Shown here piece by piece: positions 1 through 7,442 of a stretch of 64,000 bases of DNA (positions within the stretch are counted from its first letter, which is position 1; each line of letters starts with the position of its first letter). The DNA comes from an uncultured virus (IMG/VR IMGVR_UViG_3300037519_000101). Taxonomy: Duplodnaviria; Heunggongvirae; Uroviricota; Caudoviricetes. Where the stretch lies: the IMG/VR virus record IMGVR_UViG_3300037519_000101. One strand, written 5' to 3'. The position numbers and the translations under genes are program-made. The notes under the pieces were generated by a model. It saw only the letters and a program-made list of their open reading frames with translations. It was not told the DNA's origin and made no database searches.

Positions 1-80
1 GCAAGAGCAAAAGTGCAAAGAGCAAAACTGGATTATCATTTAGATATGTAATCAGTGGCACTAAAGAAGAAATTGCTGAG

Positions 81-392
81 TTGGTAAAAACTGAGAATTT
101 CAAAGAGTATCCTCAATATGAAGAAGCAACAGGTTTACCACTTGTATTCAGAAATGAGCCATTATTGATGAATCCATGTGATGTGGGTATCAGTAAGAAT
201 AACAGGTATTACTTAGATGATACAGATGTTATGGTAGAGATGGCAATGACTGAAAAGATGAGTAAGACATCTGTGACATTTGCTACTGAGTATGCTAAAT
301 CAAGTGTTAGCAAATTGAGTGGTATAAGTGGCTTCCTTGGTAAGATGTCTGCACCTGTGGAAGAGCAGGTAGAGACAGAGGCTAAGAAGTAG
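81..392 (+). CDS. Hypothetical phage protein, true start uncertain (may lie upstream of the window)
   Basis: ORF begins at TTG near the window edge and is followed directly by a terminator hairpin. Confidence 0.6.
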   Translation: MVKTENFKEYPQYEEATGLPLVFRNEPLLMNPCDVGISKNNRYYLDDTDVMVEMAMTEKMSKTSVTFATEYAKSSVSKLSGISGFLGKMSAPVEEQVETEAKK

Positions 393-397
393 TCATG

Positions 398-440
398 AGA
401 GTATAGTATGCATAATAGCATACTATATTCTTTTTCTTTC
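398..440 (+). terminator. Rho-independent terminator
   Basis: 14-bp stem AGAGTATAGTATGC/GCATACTATATTCT (one G-U pair) followed by a T tract, just after a stop codon. Confidence 0.8.
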
Positions 441-651
441 CCTCTTTTTCACTAACCCTTTTATTATAGTGCGGAAACTAAATACTATATATACAATAAT
501 TGGCATTTGGTAATCCGCATAGTGTACAGTTCAACCTGTTGCATTATGCATACTATGTTGTTCTATAGGAAAATTAATACTATGTTCAACATATTGCTTT
601 ATGCTACAGTGTTGTCTCCACCCTGTTATTGTTTATCTCCATAATAATTAT

Positions 652-659
652 TATATTTG
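652..659 (+). promoter_or_regulatory. Bacteroidota sigmaA-type -7 box
   Basis: TATATTTG matches TAnnTTTG, about 20 nt upstream of the HNH gene. Confidence 0.55.
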
Positions 660-677
660 TAGAGACAACTAATAATA

Positions 678-1088
678 TTGATTATGAGAAAGAAATGTAA
701 AGACTGTGACAAACCTGTTGCTACTGATGCTAGTATAAGATGTTTTGATTGTAAAGTAAAGCTTAGAAGAGAGACACAAAGGCTTAATAAGATTAAGTAT
801 CAGTATCATAAAACACCAAAGCATAGATATGCTACATACAAGAGAGGTGCATTAAGCAGAGGTATTGAGTTTAACATAACATATGAAGAGTTTAATACCT
901 ATTGGAACAAGTCTTGTACTTATTGTACACAGACTATTGCTGGTATTGGTTTAGATAGACAGGATAATAACAAAGGATACACTATAGATAACCTTGTTAC
1001 TTGCTGTAGAACCTGCAACTTTATGAAACATACACTGGATGATAAAACATTTATAGAGCATTGTAAACTTATTGCAAGTAATAATTAG
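678..1088 (+). CDS. HNH-superfamily endonuclease with zinc fingers (free-standing homing type)
   Basis: CxxC pairs plus GLDRQDNNKGYTIDNLVTCCRTCNFMK beta-beta-alpha-metal motif. Confidence 0.85.
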   Translation: MIMRKKCKDCDKPVATDASIRCFDCKVKLRRETQRLNKIKYQYHKTPKHRYATYKRGALSRGIEFNITYEEFNTYWNKSCTYCTQTIAGIGLDRQDNNKGYTIDNLVTCCRTCNFMKHTLDDKTFIEHCKLIASNN

Positions 1089-1150
1089 TTTTGTTTTACC
1101 TGTGGAGCATTGGCACTTTGATACTGATAATCAAGCAGTTAATTTTTTGT

Positions 1151-1190
1151 AAATTGTGTGAGAATGTGTGATAAAGTGTGGAAAGGTGTT
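1151..1190. repeat. Four degenerate 10-bp tandem repeats in a long intergenic region
   Basis: AAATTGTGTG AGAATGTGTG ATAAAGTGTG GAAAGGTGTT. Confidence 0.6.
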
Positions 1191-1425
1191 CAACTCCTCA
1201 CATATCTATACCCTATCACATGCATACATAATCTGCTAACTTGCTGTATATGAATATTTATATAGCTAACACATGATTAAGCATTTCCCTGTATATAACA
1301 TATAGAGTGTGTCTATACATATATTAATCAGTATTACTATTACTTATAGTATTGTTATTAGTGTTATGTGCTTTAAGACAGTAAATGCTTCCGGAACCTT
1401 TGTAACCAATTAAACTATATATAAA

Positions 1426-1608
1426 ATGGAACTAATTATTTCAGCAAACGTAATGAAGCAGTTAATGGAAACTGCTGATGATACTATTAAAACATTTGTC
1501 TCTACACCAAGAGATAAAGAAATAGTAGAAGGACTTAAAATTATGGAGTCTATGGGTGTAAGAACCATTGAAGTTGATTTATCAGAAGATGATGAATCAT
1601 TATTATAA
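1426..1608 (+). CDS. Small hypothetical early protein
   Basis: ATG after an A-rich leader, followed by a hairpin at about 1615-1640. Confidence 0.65.
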   Translation: MELIISANVMKQLMETADDTIKTFVSTPRDKEIVEGLKIMESMGVRTIEVDLSEDDESLL

Positions 1609-1671
1609 TCTTATTAGACTACTCTGCATAAGGGTAGTCTATTTCTAATCTATAATCTAAACTAAACTACC

Positions 1672-1860
1672 ATGAAAAAAGTAACAGAATACGGTACATA
1701 TGTATTAAACAGTACTGAAGGTTCATTAGAAAATGAATCAGAACATGCAGAATTACTACAGCATTTATTAAACAATGATAATGTAGAATTTTGTTCAGTA
1801 TCAAAATTGATTGATGGTCAAATTATTACTGAAGTCATCATTGATAAAAACAGCAGGTGA
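1672..1860 (+). CDS. Small hypothetical early protein
   Basis: ATG after an A-rich leader, co-oriented with neighbours. Confidence 0.65.
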   Translation: MKKVTEYGTYVLNSTEGSLENESEHAELLQHLLNNDNVEFCSVSKLIDGQIITEVIIDKNSR

Positions 1861-1868
1861 AAGTCCTG

Positions 1869-1996
1869 CAGTAATGCACCATAACTCACTTCCCAAGGGT
1901 GAGCAGTTGTAATAGGCTCAAGACTTTTTAGTCTGTAAGTAGTGGAAACAGTTAGGTTCAAATCCTACATATTACAACTGAGTGCAGAGGGATATT
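1869..1996 (+). ncRNA. Twister-ribozyme-like structured RNA with a long P5 insertion
   Basis: UAA-UGCA-CC ... CUCAC-UUCCCAAGG-GUGAG ... 11-bp stem ... UGCA-GA-GGG follows the twister element order; P1 is weak. Confidence 0.6.
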
Positions 1997-2029
1997 AATC
2001 TAAATATTAATCTCAAAAATAATCTCAAA

Positions 2030-2788
2030 ATGAAAATTCACTTAAATTCAAGACAAGGTATGTATACTGTAACTTCTTACAATGATACATATATCTGGTT
2101 AGTCACTAGTAAGCTACCAGAATTTACTGTTCCATGTACTGACTTCAAGTCATTTGCTGGTTCAGGATATAACCATGATGTTACAACAGCTGAGTCAGAT
2201 AGATTCTTGTCAGTTGTTAATCCTAGTATGTTTCAGCATCAACAAAAGATGACTGAAAGTATTATGGAAGCTGTCAAAGCTTTATCTATGCAACCAATGA
2301 AACATGCTAATAACAATGAGCCTGATGAAGCTGATAACATCCAGTATGAAAACTGGTATTATCAGAAAACAGAGGAGTTTGATAGATATAAAGACAAGAT
2401 ACGCAAGACTGCATCTGAAGTATATAAACAGAAGTTAGACTTTAGTAATTTAGAAATTACTAAAGGTATCAAGTTTATCATACAGAAAAACAGAGATGAT
2501 AACTCTTATAGATTTTGTTTTGACCCTTATAGTTTTGTGGATAATTTCCACAGTGCTATTAGTGATGTCTTCCGTGAAATTGGTTGGAATACTATCAATG
2601 GTGGTTGGATTAAAGTTATAGAACATAATGTTGTTCTGTATGCTCAGTCTGGTGACTATGGTGTATATGATGATTCTATTGCTATAGAAGCAGCATCTAA
2701 ATTGTTCCCAAATCATAAGATTTTTTCTCATGCTGGAAGACAGTGGGATGCTGAACTAACTGAAAAGTATGATGATTTACCTTTCTGA
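2030..2788 (+). CDS. Early protein with a C-terminal Janus/Ocnus (PHPT1)-like domain and YDDLPF tail
   Basis: Start moved from GTG 1982 (inside the RNA structure) to in-frame ATG 2030; motifs FHSAI, GGWI, LYAQSGDYG, KLFP. Confidence 0.6.
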   Translation: MKIHLNSRQGMYTVTSYNDTYIWLVTSKLPEFTVPCTDFKSFAGSGYNHDVTTAESDRFLSVVNPSMFQHQQKMTESIMEAVKALSMQPMKHANNNEPDEADNIQYENWYYQKTEEFDRYKDKIRKTASEVYKQKLDFSNLEITKGIKFIIQKNRDDNSYRFCFDPYSFVDNFHSAISDVFREIGWNTINGGWIKVIEHNVVLYAQSGDYGVYDDSIAIEAASKLFPNHKIFSHAGRQWDAELTEKYDDLPF

Positions 2789-2789
2789 T

Positions 2790-2823
2790 ATGAGTGAGCA
2801 ATATTAAGCTCACTCATTTTATT
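2790..2823 (+). terminator. Terminator-like hairpin
   Basis: Perfect 10-bp stem ATGAGTGAGC/GCTCACTCAT followed by TTTATT. Confidence 0.7.
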
Positions 2824-2844
2824 AATCTTAAAAATAAACTCAAA

Positions 2845-3039
2845 ATGAAATGTCCTAATTGTAAGAGTGACTGCAGACTGAAAATGTCAGGTGCAGTATG
2901 TACTAACCTTGACTGTGGTTGGTACACGGGAAGAACTACTTCTCAAAAAGAAATAGAAACTAGTAGTATAGGAAGAAGATTCAAAGAGCTTGAAGTACAA
3001 GCTATGATGGATGACTACGAAGACTATATGGAATTGTAA
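2845..3039 (+). CDS. Small zinc-ribbon protein
   Basis: CPNC...CTNLDC; start moved to in-frame ATG 2845, downstream of the hairpin. Confidence 0.65.
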   Translation: MKCPNCKSDCRLKMSGAVCTNLDCGWYTGRTTSQKEIETSSIGRRFKELEVQAMMDDYEDYMEL

Positions 3040-3057
3040 CTAATAAAATTAAATCCC

Positions 3058-3333
3058 ATGAAAACATTTAAAGACTTAGAATTCCATGAAGATGACATGG
3101 ATGGTATAGCTGGATGGCTACTGTTTGACAACCATTATGGTGTGTCAGTAATCAAAGGACCTTATTCACAAGGTGGTGACAAAGGTCTATATGAATTAGC
3201 TGTAATCTACATGTCTCCTGATATGCAAGAATCCAAGATTCATTATGACAATGAAGTTGCTCAAGGTGATGTAAGAGGACATCTTACAGAAGATGAGGTA
3301 TCTGAATTAATAGAACAAGTTGCTAACTTTTAA
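3058..3333 (+). CDS. Hypothetical phage protein
   Basis: FDNHYGVSVI...GLYELAV pattern recalls a widespread small phage protein family. Confidence 0.75.
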   Translation: MKTFKDLEFHEDDMDGIAGWLLFDNHYGVSVIKGPYSQGGDKGLYELAVIYMSPDMQESKIHYDNEVAQGDVRGHLTEDEVSELIEQVANF

Positions 3334-3344
3334 AAACAAATAAT

Positions 3345-3575
3345 ATGAGCAAGTTAATTTTTGTATGGTTCCTAATGAATGGAACCATTACTCCTGCGGG
3401 AGAACATGAAGGACATAAAATGTATACTATCTGGTTCAAAGATGGTAAAGTAATTGATTATGCTTACAAAGGTGAAGTAATTAATTATATCAAGACAGGA
3501 ACATTTGAGTATGATGATTTTCTTGAAATGCCTGATACTTCTATTGATGAAGAAGTATTTTATACTAACAATTAA
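3345..3575 (+). CDS. Hypothetical protein
   Basis: Tightly packed co-oriented ORF. Confidence 0.7.
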   Translation: MSKLIFVWFLMNGTITPAGEHEGHKMYTIWFKDGKVIDYAYKGEVINYIKTGTFEYDDFLEMPDTSIDEEVFYTNN

Positions 3576-3586
3576 AAATTAAAATT

Positions 3587-3766
3587 ATGATTGCAAAAAG
3601 AAAAAAAGAAGTAGTTGAGATAACAAAATTTGTTGCTTGTCTTCCGGGATATGAAGACTTTGAGTATAAACCAATGAATTACATACATTCATGGTTTGGT
3701 AAAAAAAGTGCTAATGATTATAATACAGAGAAGCAATGGAAAAGACAGAGATTGACCAAAGAATAA
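3587..3766 (+). CDS. Hypothetical 59-aa protein (not in ORF track)
   Basis: MIAKRKKEVVEITKFVAC...RLTKE fills the gap; A-rich leader. Confidence 0.6.
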   Translation: MIAKRKKEVVEITKFVACLPGYEDFEYKPMNYIHSWFGKKSANDYNTEKQWKRQRLTKE

Positions 3767-3987
3767 AATCACTAATCTTCTATAGTGATTCAGTAGAACG
3801 TAGTGATGCTCCGCTAGAACTAAAAAGGGAAAAGTTAGAAAACATTGAGCGTGAGAAACTATATCTAGAATCTATTATAGATGATATGAAATTTAAAGAG
3901 TTCATGAGAGAATTCATCATTGGTATGGCATTATTTATTGCTGCTATGAGTATATTATTATTTTGTTTTATATTCTATGGAAGATAA
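3736..3987 (+). CDS. Small membrane protein
   Basis: C-terminal hydrophobic helix FIIGMALFIAAMSILLFCFIFY. Confidence 0.7.
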   Translation: MEKTEIDQRIKSLIFYSDSVERSDAPLELKREKLENIEREKLYLESIIDDMKFKEFMREFIIGMALFIAAMSILLFCFIFYGR

Positions 3988-4393
3988 CAGAAGTGTAATG
4001 GTCAAGTATGACTTCAACACTATAAAAGTTTTATTACACAGGATTCTTAATGGTCCTGATAGTATAGAGAAAAGTAAGTTAATAGAAATGTTAACTTACT
4101 ATACTTATGATTCAGAACAGTTTTGTAGAAAGGTATTTGATATTTCTGTAGGAAATATGTTACCGGAACCTATCCGTGTAGGCCTAGAAGTAGTAATTGA
4201 TCCTAATAAAACAGGATGGTTATCTCAATCAGATAAAGATATTATTGCTAATGCCACTAAAGATGGTGTGATATATGGTACAGTTATGAAATTCATAGGT
4301 TATCATGGATATAGTAACTATGAAATTGGATTTTCTAAAGGTACAATTGCAGTACCTATAGAAGCAGTTAGTACTATGAATAAGATTATATAA
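3977..4393 (+). CDS. Hypothetical protein
   Basis: 138-aa ORF overlapping the upstream stop. Confidence 0.75.
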   Translation: MEDNRSVMVKYDFNTIKVLLHRILNGPDSIEKSKLIEMLTYYTYDSEQFCRKVFDISVGNMLPEPIRVGLEVVIDPNKTGWLSQSDKDIIANATKDGVIYGTVMKFIGYHGYSNYEIGFSKGTIAVPIEAVSTMNKII

Positions 4394-4433
4394 GAAATTT
4401 TGTCCTGTATGGACGCTTTTCCCAGGCAATGAT

Positions 4434-4462
4434 AAGAGAGAGTTAATAGCTCTCTCTTTATT
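4434..4462 (+). terminator. Rho-independent terminator
   Basis: AAGAGAGAGT/GCTCTCTCTT stem followed by TATT. Confidence 0.7.
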
Positions 4463-4546
4463 GTTAGCTATATAGTGGCATCTTTTTGATTAATTTTGAA
4501 CAGTATTTGTTATTTATGTAATACATTTACTACACATTAATCAAAC

Positions 4547-4813
4547 ATGTTATACCAGCTACCAAACGGAAAAGTAATTAACATTAGTATAGAGCAGTAT
4601 TTAAATATGACTGACCTTGATATTCAGTATTTAATATCTGTTGGTGGTGGTGATTATGCTACAAATCCATTTACAGATTCAGCATGTATTGATAATGCCA
4701 AAGAAAAGTCTTATGACTTTGAATTTCTCCCAAATGATGAAATTGATGATATAGCAGATGACAGTATACCGTTTGATGACATCATTGATTTAACAGATAA
4801 TCTGGATATATAA
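4547..4813 (+). CDS. Hypothetical acidic protein
   Basis: 88-aa ORF with an Asp-rich C-terminus. Confidence 0.75.
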   Translation: MLYQLPNGKVINISIEQYLNMTDLDIQYLISVGGGDYATNPFTDSACIDNAKEKSYDFEFLPNDEIDDIADDSIPFDDIIDLTDNLDI

Positions 4814-4834
4814 ATACTTCCTGTATTTATGACT

Positions 4835-4876
4835 TATTGCACAATGGAGTAGTTGTGTGATATAGTATTTCTACTC
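4835..4876 (+). promoter_or_regulatory. H-type RNA pseudoknot in the leader of the 4917 gene
   Basis: Stem 1 4835-4844/4853-4862; loop GAGTAG (4847-4852) complementary to CTACTC (4871-4876). Confidence 0.7.
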
Positions 4877-4916
4877 AACAATCAATTTATTTATTAATCT
4901 CAAAAAACTTAAAGAG

Positions 4917-5417
4917 ATGGACACTAAAGTTAAAGTTGTAGCTGATGCTACCACAAAATTGGTAATTAACCAATCCGCAAACCCTATTTTTGGATATGTT
5001 AGAGTAATTCAAAACAGAGTTGTTATTGATGACAATGGATTCATGAAAAGAAAAGAATTCAGTGCATTAATCCACGGTCTTATAGAAGACTTACAATCAG
5101 TAGGTTACTATGATGGTATGGAATTAAATGGAACTATTGTTGCAGAAGAGTCATTAGACCCTTTTAACAAAAAAGAACCAAGTAAATCAATCAAGAAAGC
5201 AGGTGATTCTAATGTAGCATGTACTTTAGGTGGATTTCCTATTCACAGAAGAACAAAGTATACTGCTAAATCAGGTGCTGAAGATATTTTGATTGCACAT
5301 GATAACAAAGCTGAAGTTAAAGCTGCATATGCTTCTACTGAAGCTAGTAAAGCTAAAACAAAAGCAATGCAACCTAATGCTGAGTTTGATTCAGAAGCAG
5401 AAGGTTTCAACTTATAG
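4917..5417 (+). CDS. Putative single-stranded DNA-binding protein
   Basis: Beta-rich N-terminal part, acidic-aromatic tail EFDSEAEGFNL, pseudoknot leader, own terminator; function inferred. Confidence 0.5.
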   Translation: MDTKVKVVADATTKLVINQSANPIFGYVRVIQNRVVIDDNGFMKRKEFSALIHGLIEDLQSVGYYDGMELNGTIVAEESLDPFNKKEPSKSIKKAGDSNVACTLGGFPIHRRTKYTAKSGAEDILIAHDNKAEVKAAYASTEASKAKTKAMQPNAEFDSEAEGFNL

Positions 5418-5425
5418 TAATTAAC

Positions 5426-5455
5426 AAGAGCCTGTTTCGGCAGGCTCTTATTTTA
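5426..5455 (+). terminator. Rho-independent terminator
   Basis: AAGAGCCTGT-TTCG-GCAGGCTCTT then ATTTT. Confidence 0.85.
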
Positions 5456-5476
5456 TGATTTTTAATAAATATAACA

Positions 5477-5668
5477 ATGGAAAATATAGAACAAATCAAA
5501 GCTGAATTAAGAGAATTAATCAGTAAAAGTATTGAGATACTAGAAGAAAACTTCAATGTAGAAGATTTTGAAACTGAAGGTCCAGCAACAATGCTTACTA
5601 CAGCATTATTAGGTTCTTTATTGGATATATCTGAATTAAGTGAAGAAGATTTGAAAGAATCTGTTTAG
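5477..5668 (+). CDS. Small acidic hypothetical protein
   Basis: ORF flanked by 16-bp direct repeats. Confidence 0.65.
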   Translation: MENIEQIKAELRELISKSIEILEENFNVEDFETEGPATMLTTALLGSLLDISELSEEDLKESV

Positions 5669-5691
5669 GTAAATTATTTTATGATTTTTTA

Positions 5692-6147
5692 ATGTATATG
5701 ATTATGGAAATGGAAAAGCTAAAACAAGACATCAAAGATTATATGGCAAAACCTGTGAAATATCAGGATTTTGAAAAAGATAAGTATAACACTTATCAGA
5801 ATTATCTTTATAAAAGAGCACTGTATGGTTTAGACTCTCTATCAGTAGATGAGCTTAATACTATGTGCAGTAAGAAAAGGTCCCGCATTATCAATGTTTA
5901 CAACAGAACACAGATTGTTGTAAATAAGTATAAACATCAGGTAACCAAACAATTAAGTGATAAGCTCTTAACATCACTATTTCCTAATAGTTCACTTATA
6001 AGTGAATTATGTAAATATGGTGCAACTGATGATAACTATAAGAATACATTGACCTTTAAAGATCTTTGTATTCAAAAAGATACATTAGTCCAAGTATTTA
6101 TGACTGAAGGAATATTACCTAAGAATTTCTTATCTTTGGAAAAATAA
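5692..6147 (+). CDS. Hypothetical protein
   Basis: 151-aa ORF with several possible starts. Confidence 0.75.
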   Translation: MYMIMEMEKLKQDIKDYMAKPVKYQDFEKDKYNTYQNYLYKRALYGLDSLSVDELNTMCSKKRSRIINVYNRTQIVVNKYKHQVTKQLSDKLLTSLFPNSSLISELCKYGATDDNYKNTLTFKDLCIQKDTLVQVFMTEGILPKNFLSLEK

Positions 6148-6156
6148 AAACCAACA

Positions 6157-6243
6157 ATGAGAAAAAATGATAATCAGCCAGCATTTGCTACGGTACATGC
6201 TGGCTTTCTTCAAATCAGAAACAGTATTAAATTTAATGGATGA
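6157..6243 (+). CDS. 28-aa leader-like ORF containing a terminator-like hairpin
   Basis: MRKNDNQPAFATVHAGFLQIRNSIKFNG; ATGA overlap with the next gene; TATCTTTG at 6131-6138. Confidence 0.4.
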   Translation: MRKNDNQPAFATVHAGFLQIRNSIKFNG

Positions 6244-6632
6244 AAAATCTTAAAGTTTGCAGTGGTTGTAACAAAGAATCTGTTATATGGAAAAATCACG
6301 AGGGTAATAAATACTGTCAATACTGTTGGAACAAAGTAAAGTCAGGTGATCCTGAGCATAAGTATGTTATTCCACAGGTATCTGCTAAAAGAAAAAAACA
6401 AGATGCTGAGTACCTTAAGTTAAGGGCAAGATTTCTCACAGAAAATCCAATGTGTGAGATAGGTGTACCAGGTTGTACAAGAAATGCAACTGATGTTCAT
6501 CATACCAGAGGAGGTGAAGAAAGAAGTGTTTATTACTTGATTCAATCTACTTGGAGAAGTTCATGTAGAAACTGCCATGACTGGGTTCACATGAATCCAG
6601 AGAAAGCAAGAGTAATGAGTTGGTTAAAATAA
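6240..6632 (+). CDS. HNH nuclease-like zinc-binding protein
   Basis: CxxC pairs; CEIGVPGC...TDVHH...CRNCHDWVH. Confidence 0.75.
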   Translation: MKNLKVCSGCNKESVIWKNHEGNKYCQYCWNKVKSGDPEHKYVIPQVSAKRKKQDAEYLKLRARFLTENPMCEIGVPGCTRNATDVHHTRGGEERSVYYLIQSTWRSSCRNCHDWVHMNPEKARVMSWLK

Positions 6633-6652
6633 AAGTCTGATTAAAAAAGTTT

Positions 6653-7399
6653 ATGATTATGAAAAAGCAAGTTATTCAAATTAGTGTAACAACAAATTAT
6701 TCATTGTTTAATTATTTACCAATGAATAGAAACATTAATTCTGAACAAGTAGAAAAATTAGTTGAAAGTATAAGAGCAATTGGTATTACTAGACAAGTTA
6801 TATGTGTAAGAACTAATGCAATTGATGGTGAATTAAAGACATATGTTATTGATGGTCAACATCTTGTACATGCTTGTCAAAGAGAAAATATACCTGTTGA
6901 ATACAGATATATTGAAATTAAAGATGAAACTGATATAGTTAGAAAAATGGCTTATTATAATAATTCTGGTAAATCTTGGAATTTACTTGATTATATTAAT
7001 GCATGGATGTATTCTAATCCTGATTATTTAATTCTTAAAAAGTATAAGAACTTATATAATTTAGAACCTTTGATGATTGCTTCAATCTGTTACAATGAAA
7101 ATCAATTTAAGCAAAATTCCACTATGAGTAATATTATTAAAAATGGTGAATTTAAAATTATGAATGTAAATGCTGAAGAAATGTGTAAAAAATTCAGTGA
7201 TTTGTTTATAAAAATTGGCAAAGCAGACAGATGGGTTAAGTTTAATTTCTTAAGTAATTTTATAAAAGCTTATGGAGAAAACTACAATCATGAAAATGTT
7301 TTAAAAAATATTGAATTAAACATTAATGTTGTCAAACTAATGACAGATACAACAGTAGCTAATCATTTTATTCAACAAAAAGTTTTTAATATTATATAA
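6653..7399 (+). CDS. ParB/Srx N-terminal domain protein
   Basis: NRNIN...VEKLVESI...YVIDGQH motif. Confidence 0.75.
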   Translation: MIMKKQVIQISVTTNYSLFNYLPMNRNINSEQVEKLVESIRAIGITRQVICVRTNAIDGELKTYVIDGQHLVHACQRENIPVEYRYIEIKDETDIVRKMAYYNNSGKSWNLLDYINAWMYSNPDYLILKKYKNLYNLEPLMIASICYNENQFKQNSTMSNIIKNGEFKIMNVNAEEMCKKFSDLFIKIGKADRWVKFNFLSNFIKAYGENYNHENVLKNIELNINVVKLMTDTTVANHFIQQKVFNII

Positions 7400-7442
7400 T
7401 ATTCAAAAGAAAACCAAACAAAATTTTCAAAAATAAAATAAA

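Noticed and set aside
420..615. ATACTAT short repeats as an array
   Set aside because: Irregular spacing, low complexity, and partly explained by the terminator stem.
1904..1980. Canonical tRNA gene
   Set aside because: A T arm is present but there is no proper cloverleaf or anticodon arm; kept only as a mimic.
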